Below, piece by piece: positions 11,101 to 21,949 of a DNA stretch of 64,000 nucleotides (the stretch's first letter is position 1; every line of letters begins with the position of its first letter). Below the pieces are notes generated by a model that was given only the letters and a program-made list of their open reading frames with translations, ran no database searches and had not been told where the DNA came from. The translations under genes were made by a program, and so were the position numbers. The DNA comes from Escherichia coli (GTDB lineage Bacteria; Pseudomonadota; Gammaproteobacteria; Enterobacterales; Enterobacteriaceae). Where the stretch lies: NCBI RefSeq assembly GCF_044647545.1, contig NZ_CP172818.1. One strand, 5' to 3'.

Positions 11101-11847
11101 ATTCAGGCACAGCCGCGCAAAATTATCTCCAGCCCGACCTGGTCTGGTCTGGAAGATGAACACGTTTCTTACAACGCCGGTTACACCAACGTTCACGAGC
11201 TGATCCCGTGGCGTACGCTCTCTGGTCGTCAGCAACTGTATCAGGATCACCAGTGGATGCGTGATTTCGGTGAAAGCCTGCTGGTTTATCGTCCGCCGAT
11301 CGACACCCGTTCGGTGAAAGAAGTGATGGGGCAGAAATCCAACGGCAACCCGGAAAAAGCGCTCAACTTCCTGACGCCGCACCAGAAGTGGGGTATCCAC
11401 TCCACCTACAGCGACAACCTGCTGATGCTGACTTTAGGTCGCGGTGGTCCAGTGGTCTGGCTGAGTGAAGCCGATGCCAAAGATCTGGGCATTGCCGATA
11501 ACGACTGGATTGAAGTCTTCAACAGCAACGGTGCTCTGACTGCCCGTGCGGTTGTCAGCCAGCGTGTTCCGGCAGGGATGACCATGATGTACCACGCGCA
11601 GGAACGTATCGTTAACCTGCCTGGTTCGGAAATTACCCAACAGCGTGGTGGTATCCATAACTCGGTCACCCGTATCACGCCGAAACCGACGCATATGATC
11701 GGCGGCTATGCCCATCTGGCATACGGCTTTAACTACTACGGCACCGTAGGTTCTAACCGCGATGAGTTTGTTGTAGTGCGTAAGATGAAGAACATTGACT
11801 GGTTAGATGGCGAAGGCAATGACCAGGTACAGGAGAGCGTAAAATGA
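8104..11847 (+). CDS. narG: Respiratory nitrate reductase A alpha subunit NarG (1247 aa)
   Basis: 1247-aa ORF MSKFLDRFRYFKQKGETFADGHGQ... with the Mo-bisMGD enzyme family signature; overlaps narH by 4 bp. Confidence 0.97.
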   Translation: MSKFLDRFRYFKQKGETFADGHGQLLNTNRDWEDGYRQRWQHDKIVRSTHGVNCTGSCSWKIYVKNGLVTWETQQTDYPRTRPDLPNHEPRGCPRGASYSWYLYSANRLKYPMMRKRLMKMWREAKALHSDPVEAWASIIEDADKAKSFKQARGRGGFVRSSWQEVNELIAASNVYTIKNYGPDRVAGFSPIPAMSMVSYASGARYLSLLGGTCLSFYDWYCDLPPASPQTWGEQTDVPESADWYNSSYIIAWGSNVPQTRTPDAHFFTEVRYKGTKTVAVTPDYAEIAKLCDLWLAPKQGTDAAMALAMGHVMLREFHLDNPSQYFTDYVRRYTDMPMLVMLEERDGYYAAGRMLRAADLVDALGQENNPEWKTVAFNTNGEMVVPNGSIGFRWGEKGKWNLEQRDGKTGEETELQLSLLGSQDEIAEVGFPYFGGDGTEHFNKVELENVLLHKLPVKRLQLADGSTALVTTVYDLTLANYGLERGLNDVNCATSYDDVKAYTPAWAEQITGVSRSQIIRIAREFADNADKTHGRSMIIVGAGLNHWYHLDMNYRGLINMLIFCGCVGQSGGGWAHYVGQEKLRPQTGWQPLAFALDWQRPARHMNSTSYFYNHSSQWRYETVTAEELLSPMADKSRYTGHLIDFNVRAERMGWLPSAPQLGTNPLTIAGEAEKAGMNPVDYTVKSLKEGSIRFAAEQPENGKNHPRNLFIWRSNLLGSSGKGHEFMLKYLLGTEHGIQGKDLGQQGGVKPEEVDWQDNGLEGKLDLVVTLDFRLSSTCLYSDIILPTATWYEKDDMNTSDMHPFIHPLSAAVDPAWEAKSDWEIYKAIAKKFSEVCVGHLGKETDIVTLPIQHDSAAELAQPLDVKDWKKGECDLIPGKTAPHIMVVERDYPATYERFTSIGPLMEKIGNGGKGIAWNTQSEMDLLRKLNYTKAEGPAKGQPMLNTAIDAAEMILTLAPETNGQVAVKAWAALSEFTGRDHTHLALNKEDEKIRFRDIQAQPRKIISSPTWSGLEDEHVSYNAGYTNVHELIPWRTLSGRQQLYQDHQWMRDFGESLLVYRPPIDTRSVKEVMGQKSNGNPEKALNFLTPHQKWGIHSTYSDNLLMLTLGRGGPVVWLSEADAKDLGIADNDWIEVFNSNGALTARAVVSQRVPAGMTMMYHAQERIVNLPGSEITQQRGGIHNSVTRITPKPTHMIGGYAHLAYGFNYYGTVGSNRDEFVVVRKMKNIDWLDGEGNDQVQESVK

Positions 11848-13382
11848 AAATTCGTTCACAAGTCGGCATGGTGCTGAATCTCGATAAGTGCATCGGCTGC
11901 CACACCTGTTCAGTTACCTGTAAAAACGTCTGGACCAGCCGCGAAGGCGTGGAATACGCGTGGTTCAACAACGTGGAAACCAAGCCGGGCCAGGGCTTCC
12001 CGACTGACTGGGAAAACCAGGAAAAATACAAAGGCGGCTGGATCCGTAAAATCAATGGCAAACTGCAACCGCGCATGGGTAACCGAGCCATGCTGCTGGG
12101 TAAAATCTTCGCTAACCCTCATCTGCCGGGGATCGACGATTATTACGAGCCGTTCGATTTTGACTATCAGAACCTGCATACCGCGCCGGAAGGCAGCAAG
12201 TCGCAGCCGATTGCCCGTCCGCGTTCGCTGATTACCGGCGAACGGATGGCGAAAATCGAAAAAGGGCCGAACTGGGAAGATGACCTGGGCGGTGAGTTCG
12301 ACAAGCTGGCGAAAGACAAGAACTTCGACAACATCCAGAAGGCGATGTATAGCCAGTTCGAAAACACCTTCATGATGTATTTGCCGCGCCTGTGCGAACA
12401 CTGCCTGAACCCGGCATGTGTGGCGACCTGCCCGAGCGGTGCGATTTACAAGCGTGAAGAAGATGGCATCGTCCTGATCGACCAGGATAAATGCCGTGGC
12501 TGGCGTATGTGCATCACCGGATGCCCGTACAAAAAAATCTATTTCAACTGGAAGAGCGGTAAGTCTGAGAAGTGCATCTTCTGCTATCCGCGTATTGAAG
12601 CGGGTCAGCCGACCGTGTGCTCAGAAACCTGTGTCGGTCGTATCCGTTATCTCGGCGTGCTGTTGTACGATGCCGACGCTATTGAACGTGCAGCCAGCAC
12701 TGAGAACGAGAAAGATCTTTACCAGCGTCAGCTGGACGTGTTCCTCGATCCGAACGATCCGAAAGTCATCGAGCAGGCGATTAAAGACGGTATTCCGCTG
12801 AGCGTTATTGAAGCCGCACAGCAGTCGCCGGTTTATAAAATGGCAATGGAATGGAAACTGGCGCTGCCGCTGCATCCAGAATATCGCACACTGCCGATGG
12901 TCTGGTACGTGCCGCCTCTGTCTCCGATTCAGTCTGCAGCAGACGCGGGTGAGCTGGGTAGCAACGGCATTCTGCCAGACGTCGAAAGCCTGCGCATTCC
13001 GGTGCAGTATCTGGCGAATCTGCTGACCGCCGGTGATACCAAACCGGTACTGCGCGCGCTGAAACGTATGCTGGCGATGCGTCATTATAAACGTGCTGAA
13101 ACCGTTGACGGGAAAGTGGATACCCGTGCGCTGGAAGAGGTCGGTCTGACCGAAGCCCAGGCACAGGAGATGTACCGTTATCTGGCGATTGCTAACTACG
13201 AAGATCGCTTTGTGGTGCCGAGTAGTCATCGTGAACTGGCGCGGGAAGCCTTCCCGGAGAAAAATGGCTGCGGCTTTACCTTTGGTGATGGCTGCCACGG
13301 TTCAGATACCAAATTCAATCTGTTCAACAGCCGCCGTATCGATGCCATCGACGTAACCAGCAAAACGGAGCCGCACCCATGA
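11844..13382 (+). CDS. narH: Nitrate reductase A beta subunit NarH (512 aa, Fe-S)
   Basis: 512-aa ORF with multiple Cys clusters (CIGCHTCSVTC, CEHCLNPACVATCP, etc.). Confidence 0.97.
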   Translation: MKIRSQVGMVLNLDKCIGCHTCSVTCKNVWTSREGVEYAWFNNVETKPGQGFPTDWENQEKYKGGWIRKINGKLQPRMGNRAMLLGKIFANPHLPGIDDYYEPFDFDYQNLHTAPEGSKSQPIARPRSLITGERMAKIEKGPNWEDDLGGEFDKLAKDKNFDNIQKAMYSQFENTFMMYLPRLCEHCLNPACVATCPSGAIYKREEDGIVLIDQDKCRGWRMCITGCPYKKIYFNWKSGKSEKCIFCYPRIEAGQPTVCSETCVGRIRYLGVLLYDADAIERAASTENEKDLYQRQLDVFLDPNDPKVIEQAIKDGIPLSVIEAAQQSPVYKMAMEWKLALPLHPEYRTLPMVWYVPPLSPIQSAADAGELGSNGILPDVESLRIPVQYLANLLTAGDTKPVLRALKRMLAMRHYKRAETVDGKVDTRALEEVGLTEAQAQEMYRYLAIANYEDRFVVPSSHRELAREAFPEKNGCGFTFGDGCHGSDTKFNLFNSRRIDAIDVTSKTEPHP

Positions 13383-14089
13383 TCGAACTCGTGATTGTAT
13401 CGCGTCTCCTTGAATATCCGGATGCTGCCTTATGGCAGCATCAACAAGAGATGTTTGAGGCGATTGCCGCGTCGAAAAATCTGTCGAAAGAAGATGCCCA
13501 TGCGCTGGGCATTTTCCTGCGCGATTTAACGGCGATGGATCCGCTCGATGCTCAGGCCCAGTACAGCGAACTGTTCGACCGTGGCCGCGCCACGTCACTG
13601 TTGCTGTTTGAACATGTGCACGGCGAATCCCGCGACCGCGGTCAGGCGATGGTAGACCTGCTGGCGCAGTATGAGCAGCACGGTTTGCAGTTAAACAGCC
13701 GCGAATTGCCCGACCATCTGCCGCTGTATCTGGAGTACCTGGCGCAGCTGCCGCAAAGCGAAGCCGTGGAAGGTTTGAAAGATATTGCGCCGATTCTGGC
13801 ATTGCTGAGTGCGCGTCTGCAACAGCGTGAAAGCCGTTATGCCGTGCTGTTTGATCTGCTGCTGAAACTGGCGAATACCGCTATCGACAGCGACAAAGTG
13901 GCGGAAAAAATTGCCGACGAAGCGCGCGACGATACGCCGCAGGCGCTGGATGCCGTTTGGGAAGAAGAGCAGGTTAAATTCTTTGCTGACAAAGGCTGCG
14001 GTGATTCAGCAATCACTGCCCATCAACGTCGCTTTGCCGGTGCCGTCGCACCGCAATATCTGAATATCACCACCGGAGGACAGCACTAA
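13379..14089 (+). CDS. narJ: Nitrate reductase assembly chaperone NarJ (236 aa)
   Basis: 236-aa [29 protein letters not shown]...; 4-bp overlap with narH. Confidence 0.95.
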   Translation: MIELVIVSRLLEYPDAALWQHQQEMFEAIAASKNLSKEDAHALGIFLRDLTAMDPLDAQAQYSELFDRGRATSLLLFEHVHGESRDRGQAMVDLLAQYEQHGLQLNSRELPDHLPLYLEYLAQLPQSEAVEGLKDIAPILALLSARLQQRESRYAVLFDLLLKLANTAIDSDKVAEKIADEARDDTPQALDAVWEEEQVKFFADKGCGDSAITAHQRRFAGAVAPQYLNITTGGQH

Positions 14090-14766
14090 TGCAATTCCTG
14101 AATATGTTCTTCTTTGATATCTACCCGTACATAGCCGGGGCGGTCTTCCTGATTGGTAGCTGGCTGCGTTATGACTACGGGCAGTACACCTGGCGCGCGG
14201 CGTCCAGCCAGATGCTGGATCGCAAAGGGATGAACCTGGCATCGAACCTGTTCCATATCGGTATTCTGGGGATTTTTGTCGGTCACTTCTTCGGTATGTT
14301 GACGCCGCACTGGATGTATGAAGCCTGGCTGCCGATTGAAGTGAAACAGAAAATGGCGATGTTTGCTGGTGGTGCCAGCGGTGTGCTGTGTCTGATTGGC
14401 GGCGTGCTGTTGCTGAAGCGTCGTCTGTTCAGCCCACGCGTGCGTGCAACCACTACCGGAGCGGATATCCTGATCCTGTCGCTGCTCGTTATCCAGTGCG
14501 CGCTGGGCTTGCTGACCATTCCGTTCTCCGCCCAACATATGGACGGTAGCGAGATGATGAAACTGGTTGGCTGGGCGCAGTCGGTAGTGACCTTCCACGG
14601 TGGCGCTTCTCAACACCTTGATGGTGTGGCGTTTATCTTCCGTCTGCACCTGGTGCTGGGGATGACGTTATTCCTGCTGTTCCCGTTCTCGCGTCTGGTG
14701 CACATCTGGAGCGTCCCGGTGGAGTATCTGACACGTAAGTATCAGCTGGTGCGCGCTCGTCACTAA
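14089..14766 (+). CDS. narI: Nitrate reductase A gamma subunit NarI (225 aa, cytochrome b)
   Basis: 225-aa hydrophobic [38 protein letters not shown]... Confidence 0.95.
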   Translation: MQFLNMFFFDIYPYIAGAVFLIGSWLRYDYGQYTWRAASSQMLDRKGMNLASNLFHIGILGIFVGHFFGMLTPHWMYEAWLPIEVKQKMAMFAGGASGVLCLIGGVLLLKRRLFSPRVRATTTGADILILSLLVIQCALGLLTIPFSAQHMDGSEMMKLVGWAQSVVTFHGGASQHLDGVAFIFRLHLVLGMTLFLLFPFSRLVHIWSVPVEYLTRKYQLVRARH

Positions 14767-14785
14767 GCGAATTTTAGTTCACATA

Positions 14786-14810
14786 GACCCTGCTTCGGCG
14801 GGGTTTTTTT
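14786..14810 (+). terminator. Rho-independent terminator of narGHJI
   Basis: GC-rich hairpin (ccctgcttcggcgggg) followed by a T7 run at 14804-14810, 20 bp after the narI stop. Confidence 0.6.
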
Positions 14811-14947
14811 ATGGGCACGGTGCGGGGTGAGTTGTCGGATGCGCTTCGCTTATCCGAACTTCAGGGGAGGATATTTTAGGTCCGGTAAACGCGGTGCCAT
14901 CGGGCAGAATTAGCTCGGAGTAACAGGTTTTGAGTATTTCAGGAAGT
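14811..14947 (-). other. 3' trailer region of the tyrTV transcript (rtT/tpr-type region)
   Basis: Lies immediately downstream (minus strand) of tyrV; contains a REP-like segment (gtcggatgcgcttcgcttatccgaac); assignment is from established knowledge of the tyrT locus, not from a recognisable ORF. Confidence 0.3.
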
Positions 14948-15032
<85 letters not shown>

Positions 15033-15065
15033 AGGGGTAATTCAAATTCTGAGGTAATGCTTGAA

Positions 15066-15150
<85 letters not shown>

Positions 15151-15190
15151 ACGGGGTAATGCTTTTTACTGGCCTGCTCCCTTATCGGGA

Positions 15191-15230
15191 AGCGGGGCGC
15201 ATCATATCAAATGACGCGCCGCTGTAAAGT
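15191..15230 (-). promoter_or_regulatory. tyrT promoter (-35 TTTACA, -10 TATGATG, GC-rich discriminator)
   Basis: Minus-sense TTTACAGCGGCGCGTCATTTGATATGATGCGCCCCGCTTCCC matches the classical stringently controlled tyrT promoter; -35 is plus 15223-15228 and -10 is plus 15201-15207. Confidence 0.8.
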
Positions 15231-15309
15231 GTTACGTTGAGAAAAATGAACTGGTTGCGTAATTTTCACCCGTAACGGATTAAAGGTAACCAGTTATTTT
15301 TGCTGGCGA

Positions 15310-16152
15310 TTAAAGAATAATCGTCCGATTACCGTAAACAAAGACGCGCTGCGCCAGTACTTTGTAGAGTGCGCGACTTAAGACGTTTTTCTCGACGTCA
15401 CGACCTGCGCGCATCATATCTTCAGCTGTGTAGGTATGATCGACATGAATAACGTCCTGCATGATGATTGGACCTTCGTCCAGATTGTCATTCACATAGT
15501 GAGCGGTTGCGCCAATAATCTTCACGCCACGTTCATAGGCCTGGTGATAAGGACGTGCGCCGATAAACGCTGGCAGGAATGAATGGTGAATATTGATGAT
15601 CTTATTCGGGAAGCGTGCCACAAATTCTGGCGTTAATACCCGCATATACTTCGCCAGCACCACGTAGTCAGGCTGATAAGCATCAATGGCATCCGCCATC
15701 TTTTGATCGTGCTCGTTGCGACTTAATCCTTCATGACTTACCAGCTCAAACGGAATATCAAAACGCTCAACCAGAGAACGTAAAGTATCGTGGTTACCAA
15801 TAACTGCCGCGATTTCGACATCCAGGCCGCCGTAATTGGCTTTCATCAACAAATCGCCAAGGCAATGCGCCTCTTTAGTGACCAGAATCACTATCCGGCG
15901 ACGACCGGCAGGATTCAGCTCACGTACGGAGCCTTCTGGCAATGCGCTGTCGAGATCCGCCAGCAGGGTGGAATCATTAAAAATTCCTTCCAGTTCCGTG
16001 CGCATAAAAAAGCGCCCGGTACGGTGATCAACAAATTCATTGTTCTGCACGATATTTAACTCGTGCTTGTAGCAAATATTGGTAATACGTGCGATCAGAC
16101 CTTTTTGGTCCGGACAAATAGTACGCAGAACTTTACGTTGGAGTGAATGCAT
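15310..16152 (-). CDS. purU: Formyltetrahydrofolate deformylase PurU (280 aa)
   Basis: 280-aa ORF MHSLQRKVLRTICPDQKGLIARITNICYKHELNIVQNNEF... with an ACT domain and formyltransferase core. Confidence 0.95.
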   Translation of the reverse strand: MHSLQRKVLRTICPDQKGLIARITNICYKHELNIVQNNEFVDHRTGRFFMRTELEGIFNDSTLLADLDSALPEGSVRELNPAGRRRIVILVTKEAHCLGDLLMKANYGGLDVEIAAVIGNHDTLRSLVERFDIPFELVSHEGLSRNEHDQKMADAIDAYQPDYVVLAKYMRVLTPEFVARFPNKIINIHHSFLPAFIGARPYHQAYERGVKIIGATAHYVNDNLDEGPIIMQDVIHVDHTYTAEDMMRAGRDVEKNVLSRALYKVLAQRVFVYGNRTIIL

Positions 16153-16201
16153 TGCTGGAAAAACCTTGTTGAGAGTGTTTGCTAAACCGTACCGTCAACC
16201 A

Positions 16202-16660
16202 TTATTGGCCGCAGCACTTTTTAAATTTTTTACCTGAACCACAAGGGCAGGGATCGTTGCGGCCAAACTGCGGACGTGTACCGTCAATATAGTACCATTG
16301 ACCGTTTTCTTTCAAAAATCGCGAACGTTCAATGATTGCACCTGTTTTGCCACCTTCGGTAAATCGAGCAACAAAACTGACAAATCCGATATTGTCGGCG
16401 TCCTGCCAACAATGTTCAAATACGGTCAATCCCAACCATTCAGTATGCGCAAATCCGGCCATCAATTCGGCACGTAACGCCGCCGCTCCACAAGATGGAT
16501 GCCAGGTCTTTATTAAATAATCTGCGTCTTTCATCACAAAAGCGCAGTAACGCGAACGCATGAGATGTTCTGGATCAGGTGCAACCTTTTCACCAGACAC
16601 ATAAGGGTGGCAACATAGGCTATACTCGACAGCACTACCACAGGGACAAAGCTGAGACAC
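16202..16660 (-). CDS. ychJ: SEC-C motif protein YchJ (152 aa, probable GTG start)
   Basis: ORF 16202-16681; CPCGSAVEY and [18 protein letters not shown] metal-binding motifs at both ends; start placed at the GTG that gives 152 aa. Confidence 0.8.
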   Translation of the reverse strand: MSQLCPCGSAVEYSLCCHPYVSGEKVAPDPEHLMRSRYCAFVMKDADYLIKTWHPSCGAAALRAELMAGFAHTEWLGLTVFEHCWQDADNIGFVSFVARFTEGGKTGAIIERSRFLKENGQWYYIDGTRPQFGRNDPCPCGSGKKFKKCCGQ

Positions 16661-16772
16661 AAATAATCTCCCTGGAAACAATAACGGCGTATTAACCGCC
16701 TGAGTAGCACTATGTTAACCGAGCAGTAGCGATGTGGCTACGATTGCATTCCAGGGGAATCTTGCGGGAATA

Positions 16773-17678
16773 ATGAGAAAGATAAAAATAGGGCTGGCGC
16801 TGGGATCTGGCGCGGCGAGAGGTTGGTCGCATATTGGCGTTATTAATGCGCTAAAAAAAGTGGGTATTGAAATTGATATCGTTGCAGGATGCTCAATTGG
16901 TTCGCTGGTGGGCGCGGCCTATGCATGCGATCGATTATCTGCGCTGGAAGATTGGGTAACCTCTTTCAGTTATTGGGATGTTTTACGCCTGATGGATCTC
17001 TCCTGGCAGCGCGGTGGGTTACTGCGCGGCGAGCGTGTCTTCAATCAATATCGCGAAATAATGCCGGAAACAGAGATCGAAAATTGTTCCCGTCGCTTCG
17101 CGGCTGTTGCCACCAATTTAAGTACTGGGCGCGAATTATGGTTTACTGAAGGCGATCTCCATCTTGCTATTCGTGCATCATGCAGTATTCCAGGACTAAT
17201 GGCACCCGTTGCGCATAACGGCTACTGGCTGGTTGATGGGGCAGTAGTTAACCCAATTCCTATTTCGCTCACGCGTGCATTGGGTGCTGATATTGTGATA
17301 GCGGTCGACCTGCAGCACGATGCTCATTTGATGCAACAAGATCTGCTCTCCTTTAATGTCAGTGAAGAAAATAGCGAGAATGGTGATTCTCTGCCGTGGC
17401 ATGCGCGTCTGAAAGAAAGGTTGGGCAGCATAACGACACGTCGGGCGGTGACAGCGCCAACGGCAACAGAGATTATGACCACTTCTATCCAGGTGCTGGA
17501 GAACCGCCTTAAAAGGAACCGCATGGCAGGTGATCCGCCCGATATTCTGATTCAACCTGTTTGCCCGCAAATATCTACGCTTGATTTCCATCGCGCGCAC
17601 GCTGCCATTGCGGCTGGGCAGCTGGCAGTGGAAAAGAAAATGGACGAACTTTTGCCGTTGGTACGCACCAACATTTGA
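16773..17678 (+). CDS. rssA: Patatin-like phospholipase RssA (301 aa)
   Basis: ORF 16734-17678; GSGAARGW and GCSIGS patatin motifs; start at the ATG giving MRKIKIGLALGSG. Confidence 0.85.
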   Translation: MRKIKIGLALGSGAARGWSHIGVINALKKVGIEIDIVAGCSIGSLVGAAYACDRLSALEDWVTSFSYWDVLRLMDLSWQRGGLLRGERVFNQYREIMPETEIENCSRRFAAVATNLSTGRELWFTEGDLHLAIRASCSIPGLMAPVAHNGYWLVDGAVVNPIPISLTRALGADIVIAVDLQHDAHLMQQDLLSFNVSEENSENGDSLPWHARLKERLGSITTRRAVTAPTATEIMTTSIQVLENRLKRNRMAGDPPDILIQPVCPQISTLDFHRAHAAIAAGQLAVEKKMDELLPLVRTNI

Positions 17679-17769
17679 CCAGAATTTTTATCTACACTTA
17701 AGTTAATTCTGACAGGCGCAGGTGGCAATAGCATGCCACTATTGAGTAAAGCCAGTCAGGGGAGAGAAC

Positions 17770-18783
17770 ATGACGCAGCCATTGGTCGGAAAACAGATTC
17801 TCATTGTTGAAGATGAGCAGGTATTTCGCTCGCTTCTGGATTCGTGGTTTTCCTCATTGGGAGCGACAACGGTACTGGCGGCTGATGGGGTGGATGCCCT
17901 TGAGTTGCTGGGAGGTTTCACTCCAGACCTGATGATATGTGATATCGCGATGCCCAGAATGAACGGGCTTAAACTGCTGGAACATATACGCAACAGAGGT
18001 GACCAGACACCGGTTCTGGTGATATCTGCCACTGAAAATATGGCAGATATTGCCAAAGCGTTACGTCTGGGCGTTGAAGATGTTTTGCTGAAACCAGTTA
18101 AAGATCTGAATCGCTTGCGCGAGATGGTTTTTGCCTGTCTCTATCCCAGCATGTTTAATTCCCGCGTTGAGGAAGAGGAAAGGCTTTTTCGCGACTGGGA
18201 TGCAATGGTTGATAACCCTGCCGCAGCGGCGAAATTATTACAGGAATTGCAACCGCCGGTTCAGCAGGTGATTTCCCATTGCCGGGTTAATTATCGTCAA
18301 TTGGTTGCCGCGGACAAACCCGGCCTGGTGCTTGATATTGCCGCACTTTCGGAAAACGATCTGGCATTTTATTGCCTTGATGTCACCCGAGCTGGACATA
18401 ATGGCGTACTTGCTGCCTTGTTATTACGCGCATTGTTTAACGGATTATTACAGGAACAGCTTGCACACCAAAATCAACGGTTGCCAGAGTTGGGCGCGTT
18501 ATTGAAGCAGGTAAACCATTTACTCCGTCAGGCCAATCTGCCGGGGCAGTTTCCGCTATTAGTTGGCTATTATCATCGCGAACTGAAAAATCTCATTCTG
18601 GTTTCTGCGGGTCTGAATGCGACGTTAAATACCGGCGAACACCAGGTACAAATCAGTAATGGTGTTCCGTTAGGCACTTTAGGTAACGCTTATTTGAATC
18701 AATTGAGCCAGCGATGCGATGCCTGGCAATGTCAAATATGGGGAACCGGTGGTCGGCTTCGCTTGATGTTGTCTGCAGAATGA
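17770..18783 (+). CDS. rssB: RpoS-degradation adaptor response regulator RssB (337 aa)
   Basis: 337-aa ORF MTQPLVGKQILIVEDEQVFRSLLDSWF...; receiver domain plus PP2C-like C-terminus. Confidence 0.95.
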   Translation: MTQPLVGKQILIVEDEQVFRSLLDSWFSSLGATTVLAADGVDALELLGGFTPDLMICDIAMPRMNGLKLLEHIRNRGDQTPVLVISATENMADIAKALRLGVEDVLLKPVKDLNRLREMVFACLYPSMFNSRVEEEERLFRDWDAMVDNPAAAAKLLQELQPPVQQVISHCRVNYRQLVAADKPGLVLDIAALSENDLAFYCLDVTRAGHNGVLAALLLRALFNGLLQEQLAHQNQRLPELGALLKQVNHLLRQANLPGQFPLLVGYYHRELKNLILVSAGLNATLNTGEHQVQISNGVPLGTLGNAYLNQLSQRCDAWQCQIWGTGGRLRLMLSAE

Positions 18784-18984
18784 GCAAACGATAACGCGGG
18801 CTAAATTTGCATTACCTGCTAATGTCGGCTGGTGGTACTATCGTCGCCATTCGTATAAGTAATTGTCTTAATTATGCTAACTCGCCTCCTTTTCAGAACT
18901 TAGCCCCTTCGGGGTGCTGATATACTGGGATGCGATACAGAAATATGAACACGTTCAAAACACGAACAGTCCAGGAGAATTTAA

Positions 18985-19893
18985 ATGGCTGCCATTAATA
19001 CGAAAGTCAAAAAAGCCGTTATCCCCGTTGCGGGATTAGGAACCAGGATGTTGCCGGCGACGAAAGCCATCCCGAAAGAGATGCTGCCACTTGTCGATAA
19101 GCCATTAATTCAATACGTCGTGAATGAATGTATTGCGGCTGGCATTACTGAAATTGTGCTGGTTACTCACTCATCTAAAAACTCTATTGAAAACCACTTT
19201 GATACCAGTTTTGAACTGGAAGCAATGCTGGAAAAACGTGTAAAACGTCAACTGCTTGATGAAGTGCAGTCTATTTGTCCGCCGCACGTGACTATTATGC
19301 AAGTTCGTCAGGGGCTGGCGAAAGGCCTGGGACACGCGGTATTGTGTGCTCACCCGGTAGTGGGTGATGAACCTGTGGCTGTTATTTTGCCTGACGTTAT
19401 TCTGGATGAATATGAATCCGATTTGTCACAGGATAACCTGGCAGAGATGATCCGACGCTTTGATGAAACGGGTCATAGCCAGATCATGGTTGAACCGGTT
19501 GCTGATGTGACCGCATATGGCGTTGTGGATTGCAAAGGCGTTGAATTAGCACCGGGTGAAAGCGTACCGATGGTTGGCGTGGTTGAAAAACCAAAAGCGG
19601 ATGTTGCGCCGTCTAATCTCGCTATTGTGGGGCGTTACGTACTTAGCGCGGATATTTGGCCGTTGCTGGCAAAAACCCCTCCGGGAGCTGGTGATGAAAT
19701 TCAGCTCACCGACGCAATTGATATGCTGATCGAAAAAGAAACGGTGGAAGCCTATCATATGAAAGGGAAGAGCCATGACTGCGGTAATAAATTAGGTTAC
19801 ATGCAGGCCTTCGTTGAATACGGTATTCGTCATAACACCCTTGGCACGGAATTTAAAGCCTGGCTTGAAGAAGAGATGGGCATTAAGAAGTAA
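18985..19893 (+). CDS. galU: UTP-glucose-1-phosphate uridylyltransferase GalU (302 aa)
   Basis: 302-aa [47 protein letters not shown]... Confidence 0.95.
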
Positions 19894-19917
19894 CATCCGT
19901 ATCGGTGTTATCCACGA

Positions 19918-19948
19918 AACGGCGTTGAGCAATCGACGCCGTTTTTTT
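19918..19948 (+). terminator. Rho-independent terminator after galU
   Basis: Hairpin aacggcgt-(11-nt loop)-acgccgtt followed by a T7 run. Confidence 0.7.
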
Positions 19949-19988
19949 ATAGCTTATTCTTATTAAATTGTCTTAAACCGGACAATAA

Positions 19989-20012
19989 AAAATCCCGCCG
20001 ATGGCGGGATTT
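19989..20012. terminator. Bidirectional hairpin terminator between galU and hns (serves hns on the minus strand)
   Basis: aaaaaatcccgcc-gatg-gcgggattttt: perfect stem flanked by A-run and T-run, 26 bp below the hns stop. Confidence 0.65.
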
Positions 20013-20037
20013 TTAAGCAAGTGCAATCTACAAAAGA

Positions 20038-20451
20038 TTATTGCTTGATCAGGAAATCGTCGAGGGATTTACCTTGCTCATCCATTGCTTTTTTGATTAC
20101 AGCTGGAGTACGGCCCTGGCCAGTCCAGGTTTTAGTTTCGCCGTTTTCGTCAACGTAGCTATATTTTGCCGGACGCTGAGCACGTTTAGCTTTGGTGCCA
20201 GATTTAACGGCAGCAAGGCTATTCAGCAGTTCGTTCGGGTCAATACCGTCAGCGATCAGCATTTCGCGATATTGCTGCAGTTTACGAGTGCGCTCTTCAA
20301 CTTCAGCAGCAGCCGCGCTTTCTTCTTCGCGACGTTCGTTAACAACAACTTCTAATTTTTCCAGCATTTCTTCCAGCGTTTCAAGTGTACATTCTCTTGC
20401 CTGCGCACGAAGAGTACGGATGTTGTTCAGAATTTTAAGTGCTTCGCTCAT
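20038..20451 (-). CDS. hns: Nucleoid-associated protein H-NS (137 aa)
   Basis: 137-aa [44 protein letters not shown]... Confidence 0.97.
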
Positions 20452-21054
20452 TGTAGTAATCTCAAACTTATATTGGGGTGGTTTGTTGAGGTAATAATAG
20501 AGCCTTAAATTCAGTTGTGCAATAGCCAGGAATGTAAGGAATTCAAAATTGTTCTTTATTTTGTGCCGCCAATAAATATCTTTTCATAAAATTAGCCAGA
20601 AAAGACGCGGCATATAGCCCTATTTGCACCGATGATTTCGCAGCACGTGAGGTTAAAACTTCCTGATTCATGTCACATTTTATGGGGAGATTATCGTAGG
20701 CTGACGACCTTTCAGTCTTCTGTATTAGTCGTGTTTACGAGAATTCCCTATTAAGCGAATGATGAAAAGTAGAACAGTCGCAATAAGAGCAGGGACTTAG
20801 TATTGCACTATCTCCAGGAGGTCAACAGAGGGCTATTACTTGCGCAACAGGTTAAAGATTGTGAATAGTTACCAGCAGTCATTTACCCGCTTATAACAAG
20901 CGAGGCAGTTGTAATGATAGCTCAGAAGGATTATGCAAGGCTTCGTAAGGGAGAACGCATATACCACTTCTGTGCATACTGTTGAGCTGTAAAACTGACG
21001 AATTATGATAAACTCCAGCCAACTTTAATTCATATCATTGAGGGCCTGTGGCTG

Positions 21055-21672
21055 ATGGCACAGCTATATTTCTACTATTCCGCAATGAATGCGGGTAAGT
21101 CTACAGCATTGTTGCAATCTTCATACAATTACCAGGAACGCGGCATGCGCACTGTCGTATATACGGCAGAAATTGATGATCGCTTTGGTGCCGGGAAAGT
21201 CAGCTCGCGTATAGGTTTGTCATCGCCTGCAAAATTATTTAACCAAAATTCATCATTATTTGATGAGATTCGTGCGGAACATGAACAGCAGGCAATTCAT
21301 TGCGTACTGGTTGATGAATGCCAGTTTTTAACCAGACAACAAGTATATGAATTATCGGAGGTTGTCGATCAACTCGATATACCCGTACTTTGTTATGGTT
21401 TACGTACCGATTTTCGAGGTGAGTTATTTATTGGCAGCCAATACTTACTGGCATGGTCCGACAAACTGGTTGAATTAAAAACCATCTGTTTTTGTGGCCG
21501 CAAAGCAAGCATGGTGCTGCGTCTTGATCAAGCAGGCAGACCTTATAACGAAGGTGAGCAGGTGGTTATTGGTGGTAATGAACGCTACGTTTCTGTATGC
21601 CGTAAACACTATAAAGAAGCGTTAGAAGTCGGCTCATTAACGGCTATTCAGGAAAGGCATCGCCACGATTAA
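21055..21672 (+). CDS. tdk: Thymidine kinase Tdk (205 aa)
   Basis: 205-aa [39 protein letters not shown]... with P-loop. Confidence 0.95.
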
Positions 21673-21949
21673 TAAGAATTTCTTTACTGACAGGGTGAGC
21701 AGGGCGCTTTTATCCTGTCAGTTCGTTTTACTCACTTCATCCGGTGTATATACCCTTCTCGACAGTTCTTTAACGCCACTATACCCCTCACAGAGCGCTT
21801 ATACACCGACATTGACTTGTAACCTGTAAAGTACAATATCGCTGTGTGTAGGCGTTATACATCGTCGCAAATATGATGAAGGACAATGCTGTCGGTTTAT
21901 GGGAAAGTTGCTTTGGGTAAAACAAAAAAACGGCCCCAGAAGGGTAATG

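Noticed and set aside
10087-11400. 437-aa minus-strand ORF antisense to narG
   Set aside because: Lies wholly within narG; the translation is Arg/Phe-rich with no recognisable domain; another antisense shadow ORF.
12621-13298. 225-aa minus-strand ORF inside narH
   Set aside because: Antisense to the Fe-S subunit gene; its Cys/Arg-rich composition mirrors the narH codons; no independent support.
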